Shown here one piece after another: positions 54,608 to 64,000 of a stretch of DNA of 64,000 nucleotides. Made by a program: the position numbers and the translations under genes. This DNA comes from Candidatus Altimarinota bacterium. GTDB lineage: Bacteria; Patescibacteriota; Gracilibacteria; BD1-5; UBA2023. The notes under the pieces were generated by a model. That model was not told the origin of the DNA, ran no database searches, and worked only from the letters and a program-made list of their open reading frames with translations. The stretch spans positions 37,392-101,391 of the forward strand of contig JAYUDN010000001.1 of assembly GCA_043739785.1 (NCBI GenBank), in the 5' to 3' direction. The stretch's first letter is position 1. Every line of letters begins with the position of its first letter.

Positions 54608-54892
54608 ATGAATATCTCCACAGAATTTCTCTACACGATCAGTAATCTCTACCTCTATCACGTCGGAAGTGTTGGAGTGGCTATTGCTATTATTATCGTA
54701 TGTATTCTTTTTGTGGTGGTATGTCATTTTGCATTTGTCTTTACTTATGGGGATCTCCTCCTTCGAAAAGAGGCACAACTCCTCGAACATAAGAAATCCG
54801 TCCTGCAAGAACTGATCCTGATGAAGGATATCCAGACCGAGATCGAAAAAGAGATCGAAAAAGCCATGCTGAATCAGACGTTTAGTGGGTAG
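54608..54892 (+). CDS. Small membrane protein (94 aa)
   Basis: A TM helix VGVAIAIIIVCILFVVVCHFAFVF followed by a charged coiled-coil-like tail. Confidence 0.45.
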   Translation: MNISTEFLYTISNLYLYHVGSVGVAIAIIIVCILFVVVCHFAFVFTYGDLLLRKEAQLLEHKKSVLQELILMKDIQTEIEKEIEKAMLNQTFSG

Positions 54893-55520
54893 GAAGCAGG
54901 TAGATCTTGGTAGATAACAGGTAGAAACGGCAGTAGGTAGAAAGCGAGGAAAATAAGATGAGAAAAGGCTGGTATGCCGTTAGGCTGGTAAGCTGGTATG
55001 GGAGAAACGAATGGAAAAAGGAATAGTAGAGAGATGATAGCAGATAGAATATGGGAAAATGGTAGAAACGGTAGAAGAGGAGAAAAGTAGAAAAGGGAGG
55101 AACGATAGGATTGGTAAAAAATGGATGGGATTTTTTGAATCCCCCTTTCAAGGGCGACTAAGAGGGTAACGGTTCGGAAAGACGATGGGGAGGTAGAAAT
55201 GATGGAATGGTAGAAAAGGTAGAAGCGAAAGAAGTATTTTTTGCGTTATTCCGACCTTAGTGGAATAAAGTAAAATCAAGAGAAGGAATCGTATCCTCAT
55301 TTCGTCATTCCCGTGAAAACGGGAATCCAGCAAATAAGGAACTGGATCCCCGCATACGCGAGGATGACAAAGAGACGAAGGAATGCCTCTCCCGAGTCCT
55401 ATGGATCGGCATGACACAGTATTGTCATTCCGACCGAAACGACCAGAGGAAGTGAAGTGGAGAAATCCCTTTTATTCTCATCCGTCTTGTTCGATAGTTT
55501 TTATCGATTTTCCTTCTATT
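54893..55520. repeat. Intergenic mosaic repeat array G
   Basis: GGTAG at 54888, 54899, 54909, 54920 and 54936; GC hairpin 55141..55182; M1-M2 composite 55304..55369; M3 55424..55468. Confidence 0.85.
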
Positions 55521-55522
55521 GT

Positions 55523-56020
55523 TACCTCTCATTTTATTCCTTCCCATCATGAACCTTCTTTGACGAACGAAAGCCCTTTGGCGAGGAGATACGGAGCTAT
55601 GCTCTCTTCGGTATGTATCTTTCGGATAGCCTTTTCGAGAAGTAACGTATTCATAGCATGCACCCCGAGTATTTGGATCAGTCCATGGTTGTAGGCGGAT
55701 CTCAGGGCATGTGACACCTCAGTACTGACGAGATTCATCCCGATGAGGTCACGGTCGTTGCGATCCTGTCGACAAAAGGCGATATCGAAGAGCGAACAGG
55801 CAGTCATATCCACTCATTTTGTTACCGAGAAGGCATTTTTCTCAGCATCGTAGTATTCAAGCGTTTCATAGTGAGTACGCAGGCACGCCAATTCTTCTTT
55901 GGTGTTTGCCGAGGACTGGAGTACTTCTCACTCGAACACTCGGTAACATTTCCCACGACTTGATTCCTGGAAGACTGGATAGCAAAATCCATCTACTCAT
56001 ACCTCGTAAAATATCCCACG
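55523..56020 (-). CDS. Hypothetical protein (165 aa, GTG start)
   Basis: Track ORF 55547..55813 extended in both directions through TGAs at 55529, 55547, 55814, 55928 and 55997. It directly follows the FtsB-like gene. Confidence 0.35.
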
Positions 56021-56021
56021 A

Positions 56022-56447
56022 TTAGTTATCTGATGCATCGGTAGTAGTGCGTATTTTAAAGAGGAGGTACATCCATTTTTCTCGGTTTGACATCCCCTTC
56101 ATCGGAGAGGATTCTTGTTTTTCGGCTTTACTGATACGGTCATTCACATTGAGCGCTTCGTTGCTCGCGACGTCCTCTTCAGTGACGATATTGATTACTT
56201 TTTCTCCCGGGAGTTTCTTATTGAGACTCGATTTCGCTATACGCGACATATAGGCTTCGGTATTGATGTAGGTTAGGTAGGTCTTCTTGGCTTCGATACT
56301 GTTTTCGGACTTGATATTGTTCGCTTCGACATTTCGCATATGGGTGCTGATCTGGAGATCCTGATACTTATAAAATCCGATGAGGTAGAGCTCATAGATA
56401 ATCAAGGACACAAGTCCGATCAGGATGTAGCGAAATCGAGGATTCAT
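56022..56447 (-). CDS. Septum formation initiator (FtsB/DivIC-like) protein
   Basis: N-terminal TM segment, coiled coil, and YMSRIAKSSLNKKLPGEKVINI resembling the family C-terminal motif. Confidence 0.55.
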   Translation of the reverse strand: MNPRFRYILIGLVSLIIYELYLIGFYKYQDLQISTHMRNVEANNIKSENSIEAKKTYLTYINTEAYMSRIAKSSLNKKLPGEKVINIVTEEDVASNEALNVNDRISKAEKQESSPMKGMSNREKWMYLLFKIRTTTDASDN

Positions 56448-56700
56448 AGGGGACGAGAGTTCGAGAGTATAAGAGTTTTACAGTTTAAGAGGAGAAGGGC
56501 GCGGAAGCTTGGAAGCTAGTTAGCCGGTAAGCTGGGACGGTAGAAATGATGGGATGGAGGCGGTAGAAACGGCAGAAACGATTTCTGTGTCATTCCGACC
56601 GAAGCGGAGGAATCTCTTTTCTCGTTTTGTCATTCCCTTGAAAACGGGAAGCCAGAAAACGATGGGATGGTAGAGGAGCTAGACATGGGAAAATGTAGGC
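56448..56700. repeat. Intergenic mosaic repeat array H
   Basis: gctggt/ggtagaa words, M3 at 56589..56614 and an M1 variant at 56629..56655. Confidence 0.8.
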
Positions 56701-56762
56701 ATTCTACCGAAAGAGCATGGTTATTTGCTTTTTCATAGGCTTTTGTGATACAATAATGATAA

Positions 56763-57968
56763 ATGATTTTTTTCCCAATCTTTATGTACAAAAAACCCAT
56801 CTTTCTTCTGAGCGTGGCGATTATAGGACTCTTTTTTGCGATGATCGGTTGGAGCGTGTACCGGTACTATGCGCTTCTCTCGACCGACAACGCCCAGAGT
56901 CCGACCGTGATGGTTTCTTCGGGAACCCTGACGGTGGTACGATGAGAAGTGGCGTATGATATGAAGAGCGGAGAATCTTTCGAAATCCAAGCCCTCGACC
57001 GTATCATTTCCGGATCAGATTCGCTGGCTAGCATCACTTGGCCAGATGGAAGCCTTTCTCGTATCGGAGGCGTGACGGAACTCAGTATCCGAGAACTCTC
57101 CGTCAAGCGAGATCTCTCAACCTCTCGTATCGTGGTCGACCTCGAAAAATGAAAGATCTGGACGAATATCGTCCGAGCGTTCTTCGGAGACTCCTACTTC
57201 GATACTCGCATCCCTGGGCAGAGCGTGACAGCCGCGGTCCGAGGGACAATCTTTGAGATCAACCTGGATCAAGACTATATCCACAGTGTGAATCATGCGG
57301 TCAATCTGACGGATAAAGACGGGAAATCAGTCGATCTCCTTCCTGGAGAAGTCGTCAAGATTACCAATATCTTCGACCGACTTACTCAGGCAGTGCTCGA
57401 CTCGGCATGGAATGCTCTCAATCAAGTAGCGGACACTGAGTTTATTGCAGCTCGAACCAAGGAAATCCAAGCACAGATAACTTCACTCTCGGGGACCGAT
57501 TCCATTTGGGATCGATTTATCCGATGGATCCTCTCCTATGTGCCATCGTTTGACCGGATCAAGGTCGCGAAAATGCTCGATATGGGAACGGAGAATTTCG
57601 ATGCCATTACGTCCCATGTCTCGACGGTATCGCTCGTCCGCTGGTACCAGGATATTGCCAATACTGACTTCTCTGCTGACCTTCGCCAGACGCTGCGTGA
57701 GAAAATCCTCTCGACCGCGACCCCCGATGAGAAGAAGACCCTAGAACCCACCCTCGTTTATGGAGCGATCTGGGATCGATTCTCCGCGACGAGCAGTGGC
57801 CTCTCGACGTCTCTCGATACTTTCATCTCAAAGATGGGGGCGACTGCGACTCCCGAGATTCGCAAGCTCTATGATGGCCTCAATAAGCAGTTCAAAGTCG
57901 AAGACACCATACAGCAAGGCATCGATACCCTCAAAAACTCGATACAAGATATAGTGAAGCCAAACTAA
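56763..57968 (+). CDS. FecR-domain membrane protein
   Basis: N-terminal TM segment, then VRGTIFEINLD. 56763.., 56949.. and 57225.. are in frame via TGAs at 56943 and 57150. Confidence 0.6.
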
Positions 57969-58245
57969 GAGAGAGACGGTAGAAATGGTAGGAGCAGGTA
58001 GATTCTAGCAAATAGAAGATAGAAAGGGCAGAGAGGTTAGAAACGGTAGAAACTAAGTATAATTGGTAATTCCATCCCCCTTCTAAGGGGGATTGGGGGG
58101 TAAGGTATGAGAGAGCGAAATGGTAGAAGGGTAGAAAAGTAGAAAAGGGAGAAGTTGAATAGGATGAGTAGTTCAATTACAGTATAGCTTCTATTCAGCT
58201 CTTTTTTGGTTTGGAGAATGAGGTTTTTTTCCATAAAATCCCACT
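57969..58245. repeat. Intergenic mosaic repeat array I
   Basis: GGTAG at 57978, 57987 and 57997; GC hairpin 58070..58109; gtagaaaag words. Confidence 0.8.
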
Positions 58246-61200
58246 ATGTACCACATCCAGAACTATCTTTCGAAAATCCAATCTTCTCTTGCTTCTGGTC
58301 ATGCGACAGAGCATACCTATCGACCCGCGCTGAAAGAATTATTTGAGTGTATCACCACTTTTACGGTCCACAATGAACCGAAACGCAGTGAACATGGCGC
58401 TCCTGACTTTATTTTTCTCGATGGGATGATCCCGATGATGTATGCCGAAGCCAAAGATATCCATATCTCCCTCGATAAGATAGAAAAGTCAGAACAGCTC
58501 GATCGGTACTTCGGGTACCCGAAACTTATCCTGACCAATGGTATCGAGTTTCGATTTTACAACAACGGTATCCGCTATAGAGAACCGATCGTCATCGCGA
58601 AAAAGTCGTGAAATATGCTCGACAGTTTCCCAGAAAAATTCGAAGTTCTCGGAAAGGAGATGCAGGCATTTATATCTGACTATATAGATACGATTCGCTC
58701 TGCCCGACACCTTGCTAAGATCATGTGAGGAAAGGCACAGCGAATTCGTGATAACCTCCGAGATATGATGTGGAACACCGAACGTTTCCCTGATATCTGG
58801 AAGCTCTATCACACCTTCAAATCAGAGATCCTTCATGACCTGTCACATGACGACTTCGCGGATCTCTATGCTCAGACGCTTGTCTATGGTCTTTTTGTCG
58901 CCCGCTATCACGACCAGACTCCTGAGGACTTTACTCGTTCTGAGGCTCGCGATCTGGTCCCGAAGTCGAATCCGCTTCTTCGAAGATTTTTCGACCATAT
59001 CGCCGGTGAAGGATATGAGAAACGCCTCGAGTATATCGTCGATGAGCTCTGTCGGGTTTTTGTACACGCGGATGTGCACTCGCTGATGCATGGGATGTAC
59101 CAGAAAGAAACGCATGACCCCGTCATCCACTTCTATGAAGACTTCCTCGGCGAGTATGATAGTAAGCTCCGTATGCAACGTGGAGTCTTCTACACGCCTG
59201 CTCCCGTCGTGAAGTTTATTATACGAGCGGTGGATGATGTGCTGAAAACCCACTTCCACCTCCCGAAGTGACTCGCGGATACGAGCAAGATCAAGATCGA
59301 ACGAGAGATCCAGAAATATGATAAGAAATGAGAGCGGAAGACGGAAATCATCGAAACACATCGGGTCCAGATCCTCGACCCTGCGACGGGTACGGGGACA
59401 TTTCTCGACGAGATCGTGCGACATATTCACGAGAAGATGAAAGGACAAGCGGGGATGTGGCCAAGCTATGTGAATGCTGACCTCCTCCCACGACTGCATG
59501 GATTCGAACTGATGATGGCGAGCTACACGATCGCTCACTTGAAACTCGGGCTCACGCTCGCAGAGACAGGAGTGACCGATATCGAAAAACGCCTCCAGAT
59601 CTACCTGACGAACTCCCTCGAAGAAGCCAAGTGAATGAAGGAAGACCAGTGAACCCTTTTCGGACTCCTCGAATCGATCACCGATGAGGCTCGACAGGCG
59701 GATGAGGTGAAGCGAGATAAACCTGTGATGATCGTCGTCGGGAATCCTCCGTATAGTGTGAGTAGTACGAACAAGGGGAAATGGATTCAAGACTTACTCA
59801 TTGATTATAAGAAGTGATTGTGAGAGAAGAAAATCAATCTCGACGATGACTATATCAAGTTTATCCGGTTCGGAGAGTCACTTATCGAGAAAAATGATGA
59901 ATGAATCCTCGCCTATATCTCGAATAATTCCTTTATCGATGGCATTACTCACCGACAGATGCGTAAGCACCTGATGGAATCCTTTGATGAGATTTATATC
60001 CTCGACCTCCATGGAAGCGCGAAGAAAAAAGAAATGTCACCAGATGGATGAACAGATGAAAATGTCTTCGATATTATGCAAGGCGTGAGTATCAATATTT
60101 TCATAAAGAAAAATAGAAATTCATCGAGCAAATTACTTGCAAAAGTTTATCACCGTGATCTCTTTGGAAAACGAGAGCTGAAATATGAGTGGCTCGAAAG
60201 TAATGGTCTGGAAAATTCCCCTCATTGAGGGGTGTCCGAAGGACGGGGTGGAGGTTTTCATGAACTTCAACCAGTTGAGCCATATTATTTTTTTGTTCCG
60301 AAGGATTTTTCTGAAGTAGCAGATTATGATATTTGATTTAAGCTGAATGATATCTTTGTAAACTCTAGTTGTTGAATTAAATCACATAGGGATGATTTTG
60401 TTATTGCTTTTAGGAAAGATGAAAATCACGCCAAAGTTTATGATTTGATAGATGAAAAATTGGCAGATTCAATGTTACTTAATAAATATTGATTAAAGGA
60501 GTCTGTAACATGGAATATATCTACTGCTAGAGTAAAGATTAAGGAAGAATCAAAAGTAAGTCTTTTATTAAGACAGATTGCTTATCGACCATTCGATACT
60601 CGTTCTATAATTTATACTAAGAGTTTAGTTGAGAGAGATAGGAGTGAAATCATGTGTAACTATTTTCAAGAAAATATTGGTATAGTCTGCACAAAGCAAG
60701 TAATGATTGAGAATTTTTCACATATACTAGTTTCAAAAGCACTAACAGATATTTGCTTTACTTCCGCAAATTCAAAAGAATCAGGATATAACTTTCCCCT
60801 CTACCTCTATCCTGACTGAAACAGTGCCACCCCGTCGCTACGCGCCACCCCTCAATGAGGGGAATTTCCGAATCGGGTTCCGAATCTCGATGCGACTATT
60901 TGGCAGAAGATTAATGAAAGTGTCGGTCGCGAGACAACTCCTGAAGAAGTCCTCGACTATATCTATGCCGTGCTTCACTCACCGAGTTATAGAGAGAAAT
61001 ATAAGGAATTTCTCAAGATAGATTTCCCACGAGTGCCGTATCCAGATTCATTGGTACCGTCCACCCCGAGCCCCTCAAGAGGGGAAGTGCGAGAGGTATT
61101 CGATAAGCTTGTCGCACTCGGATGAGAACTTCGAGGTTTACATTTGCTCGAGTCGCCGAAAGTCGAAGAGTATATCACGACTTTTCCTATTGCAGGAAGT

Positions 61201-61494
61201 GGGGAAGTTGAGAAAGTCCGTTATGAGAGAATTCCCGTCATTGCGAGGGACGAAGCAATCCAGACTTCTGAAATCGGAACTGTCTGGATTAATGAAACAC
61301 AATATTTCGGTGATGTACCAGAAATTGCTTGGAATTTCCATATCGGTGGTTATCAGCCAGCACAGAAGTGGCTCAAGGATAGGAAATGACGCATGCTCAC
61401 TTGGGAAGATATCGCCCACTATCAGTCGATGATCGTGGCACTGACTGAGACTGCGAGGGTGATGGGTGAGGTGGATAAGGTTATGGAAGTTTAA
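58246..61494 (+). CDS. Single-chain restriction-modification enzyme (type IIG/IIL or type ISP-related), 1082 aa
   Basis: An N-terminal PD-(D/E)xK-like nuclease domain (GAPDF...YAEAKD) is followed by a gamma-class N6-adenine MTase (motif I ILDPATGTGTFL, motif IV VVGNPPYS at 59743). The C-terminal target-recognition region contains FPRVPYP and WNFHIGGYQPAQKWLKDRK(G)R. About 20 in-frame TGAs. Confidence 0.75.
60212..60251 (-). repeat. GC-hairpin element copy a (reverse orientation), in frame inside the R-M gene
   Basis: The reverse complement, ccaccccgtccttcggacacccctcaatgaggggaatttt, matches copy b. Confidence 0.8.
60827..60869 (+). repeat. GC-hairpin element copy b, in frame inside the R-M gene
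   Basis: ccaccccgtcgctacgcgccacccctcaatgaggggaatttcc; the palindrome cccctcaatgagggg is at 60847..60861. Confidence 0.8.
61061..61088 (+). repeat. GC-hairpin element copy c (short variant), in frame inside the R-M gene
   Basis: ccaccccgagcccctcaagaggggaagt. Confidence 0.65.
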
Positions 61495-61520
61495 AAAATC
61501 CCGCGTGAGCGGGATTTTTC
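61494..61520 (+). terminator. Rho-independent terminator after the R-M gene
   Basis: aaaaatcccgc-gtga-gcgggattttt. Confidence 0.7.
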
Positions 61521-61694
61521 TTATACTCTTCGTACCCCTTTAAAAGGAGCATCATCCGATGTTTTGACATCGATGATTCGATGAATGTTTGTATCGTATT
61601 TTACCCAGTGATCAATCTTTGGATTGAAAAACTGTATACGATCTGAGACGGCACCATTTCGGTGACCATCCCCAATTGGCGGATTTGTTGCCAT
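61521..61694 (-). CDS. Small conserved-looking hypothetical protein (57 aa)
   Basis: MATNPPIGDGHRNGAVSDRIQFFNPKIDHWVKYDTNIHRIIDVKTSDDAPFKGVRRV, with no TGA. Confidence 0.4.
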   Translation of the reverse strand: MATNPPIGDGHRNGAVSDRIQFFNPKIDHWVKYDTNIHRIIDVKTSDDAPFKGVRRV

Positions 61695-61930
61695 ACTAAC
61701 AGTTGGTTAAGAAGTAAACTTGATTTCTTAACCACTTTGAATAGCATGCCTTCGTCCGCAAAGACCGAATATTTGTATTCGTAAATGACCTAAGAAATAC
61801 TTGGGTCATTTTTGTTGATTGACCCATTAAAGCGAGTATATTGAAGAGCTAAGAAAATTCAAATGAATTTTTACATTGAATAATAAAATGTTTAAAAATG
61901 AACATTTATATATTAAATGTGTTTTTTTGT

Positions 61931-61979
61931 ATGCAAATGATAACATTTTATTTGCATTACTTAAGATTAAGTATATAAT
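61931..61979 (+). promoter_or_regulatory. Candidate operator palindrome plus -10 box upstream of the toxin-antitoxin operon
   Basis: Inverted repeat atgcaaat (61931..61938) / atttgcat (61950..61957), and TATAAT at 61974..61979. Confidence 0.35.
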
Positions 61980-62069
61980 TCCTTAGCAAAAATCACTCAT
62001 TACTTAACATTCGCATCTTTTTTCTTTTTCTCATTTTTTTCAAACCTTTTTCTACTATTTATTGTGATT

Positions 62070-62762
62070 ATGCTTATAAATCTTCGCTCTCTTCGTGAAT
62101 CCAGATGATTCACACAAGATCAGATGGCTATATCTCTTGGCATCTCACGTCCTACCTATGTTCGTATCGAAGCAGGTCGTACTGATCTCACCCTCAACCA
62201 AGCTCAGAAAGTCGCCGAAAAATTCCAAGTATCACTTGATGATCTTGCGAGCGATACCTTTATAGAAGGTCAGACTATCGATAAAGAGAAATACAAACAA
62301 ATTTTAACTACTTGTATTCACTATGGGGCGAGTGATGATGGTAAAATACCTAAAACAAAACTTGCTAAGCTTGTATATCTTGTGGATTTTGGTTGGTACT
62401 ATGATCACCTTGAATCTATGACGCAAGGTATTAAATATCGGCGTATTGCTCAGTGACCTGTTCCCGACGTATTTTTTAGCGTAGTTGATGAACTCCAGGA
62501 TGAGTCAGTCATTCATCTTGAATTGAAGTGAACTGCTCAACTTCTTGAAAATATTGAATGACCCTCTACAAGTAAACTTAGTAAAGAAGAAGTCGATTTT
62601 ATACAAAAAGTCTGTATCTCATGGAAATGAAAAAATACAAAAGAAATTGTTGATTTTACTCATGAACAACTTCCTTGGAAGATATGCTATCCCGATGAAG
62701 AAATACCATTTGTACTCATAACTCAAGAAGATCCTGACAATGTCTATCAACCAAAAATATAA
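62070..62762 (+). CDS. HTH (XRE-family) plus DUF4065/Panacea-domain antitoxin
   Basis: LRSLRESR(G)FTQDQMAISLGISRPTYVRIEAG, then KTKLAKLVYLVDFGWYYD...YRRIAQ(G)PVP. Overlaps the next ORF by 23 nt. Confidence 0.65.
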
Positions 62763-63150
62763 AGTATACATCCGAGATTACACCGATAGACACTATATAA
62801 AAGTCTTCGACAAAAAATATGGACGCCACTGGGATCTTACACTTGAGGCAATTATAGCATCACTTGAGCACGTGGATACTTTTCTTGGAACATCAAAAGC
62901 AGAGAAAATAATATCATGTCACGAAGAAAATAAACACTTAATCAAGTGTGAATTTCGAGTGGTTTGAACTACTGATTCAGCCCATGCATCCGGGAATCGC
63001 TATATCGTTTACCTCGATGAAGTTACACGCGAATGTCATATTCTCCTCGTATACTCGAAATGAGACTACAGCGGACAAGAGACAACTTGGTGGAAGCTAC
63101 AGATAAAAGAAAACTATCCTGAATTGAAAGATATATTTTCGAGTTTATAA
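62740..63150 (+). CDS. Putative toxin partner (RelE/ParE-like C-terminal layout)
   Basis: 136 aa. The KCEFRVV(G)...GNRYIVYLDEVTRECHILLVYSK(G) pattern resembles RelE-superfamily toxins. Translationally coupled to the antitoxin. Confidence 0.4.
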
Positions 63151-63159
63151 TTACGCTCT

Positions 63160-63978
63160 ATGACCTCCTCTCTCTTCAAATCCATCAAACATACCATTGA
63201 CTGAGTTGAAGTATGGTATGCCCGTGAACTCTATCCGATACTCGGATATACAAACTGGAACAAATTCCAGGATCTGATCTCGCGTGCTCGGGAGTCTATC
63301 CTGGTGAGCGGATCGAATCCAGATGACCATTTTTACCCTGAGGTAAAAATGGTTTCTACTGGAAGTGGAGCCAAAAGGTCAATAGAAGACATAAGACTGA
63401 CTCGCCGTGCTTGCTATCAGATTGCCATGAATGGAAATCCTCAGAAGGAGCCGATAGCCCTAGCTCAAATGTACTTCGCGACCCAGACTCGCAAACAAGA
63501 GCTCATGCAAGAATACCTTGCCGATAAGAGCCGTCTCGAAGAGCGAGAGAAGTATAGTGAGACTGATAAAAATCTCTCGAGTGCACTTTATAATAAATGA
63601 CTTTCTTCCCCAGAGATCGCGACCATGAAATCAAAAGGACAGAGAGTATTCTATGCGACTCCTCCAGAAGATATGCGCAAGAAATATGATATCTCAGCGA
63701 AAAAACCTATAGTTGATAGAGCTCATGACATCCTCATCACCGCTCAGTCTCTCGCGAATCAGATGACCGCGATGAATGTCAATAAGAATAAAGGCCTCAA
63801 AGACGAGTTCGGTATCTCTCGTGAACATATGACGAATAATAAATCTGTGCGAAGTACCCTGATCGAGAGGGGTATCGTCCCGGAAGAACTCCCACCGGCA
63901 GAAGATACGAAGAAACTCCCGAAGAAAATCCAAAAATTCGAAGAAGGACTCAGCCCAAGTGACCTTTTATCGAAATAA
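63160..63978 (+). CDS. dinD: DNA damage-inducible protein D (DinD, BRO-N-like N-terminus)
   Basis: VEVWYARELYPILGYTNWNKFQDLISRARES...GSGAKRSIEDIRLTRRACYQIAMNGNPQKEPIALAQMYFATQTRKQE. 63304.. and 63625.. are in frame. Confidence 0.7.
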
Positions 63979-64000
63979 ATATTTTCTTCTCAAAATCTTT

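Noticed and set aside
58843-59790. 315-aa minus-strand ORF
   Set aside because: It lies antisense to the R-M gene, whose plus frame carries ILDPATGTGTFL and NPPY.
1020-63978. Interpretation of the fragmented ORFs as massive pseudogenisation
   Set aside because: All interruptions are TGA only, never TAA or TAG. The frame is always preserved across them, and they coincide with conserved glycines in catalytic motifs.

Overview
Apart from the first ~300 nt, this window only reads sensibly if UGA encodes glycine (translation table 25: Gracilibacteria/BD1-5 or Absconditabacteria/SR1, CPR). In the standard-code ORF track nearly every gene is cut at in-frame TGAs. These TGAs fall on conserved Gly positions: Era P-loop lead-in, PilT Walker A lead-in, PrmC GTGSG, CorC DEhGGTAG and ASCH EGEGD. 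I re-derived all coordinates by hand, reading through TGA and stopping only at TAA/TAG. That gives about 60 intact genes. Housekeeping genes: rpmE, era, fmt, prmC, nusA, rpmH-rnpA-yidC, pth, tlyA, yebC, pilT, a class-B PBP, sortase and two tRNAs. Envelope genes: a 2257-aa alpha-2-macroglobulin next to a PBP1C-type gene. There is a T4SS-like block (two VirD4/TraD-like ATPases flanking a triple-pilin fusion) and a terminal defence islet (single-chain nuclease-MTase R-M enzyme, HTH-DUF4065 antitoxin with toxin, DinD). The most unusual content is a network of small repeats that sit between genes and also in frame inside genes. (i) A complete DUF559 (Vsr-like) endonuclease cassette with GC-rich hairpin ends is embedded in frame in a SAM methyltransferase gene. 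Solo copies of the same hairpin ends occur at 8 intergenic loci, and a related GC-hairpin leader motif occurs 3 times, in both orientations, inside the R-M gene. (ii) Arrays with 7-8 nt periodicity lie inside pth, tlyA, a PriA-like gene, fmt and prmC. In pth and tlyA they bracket roughly 30-40 extra codons. (iii) Long intergenic mosaics are built from GTCATTCC...GGAATCC hairpin modules and 10-nt phased GGTAG/CTACC words. The window also contains a helicase gene flanked by a duplicated nusA 3' end plus terminator, a duplicated tRNA-Leu 5' half, and a compositionally foreign GC-rich first ~300 nt. All family names come from motifs recognised by eye; no searches were run.
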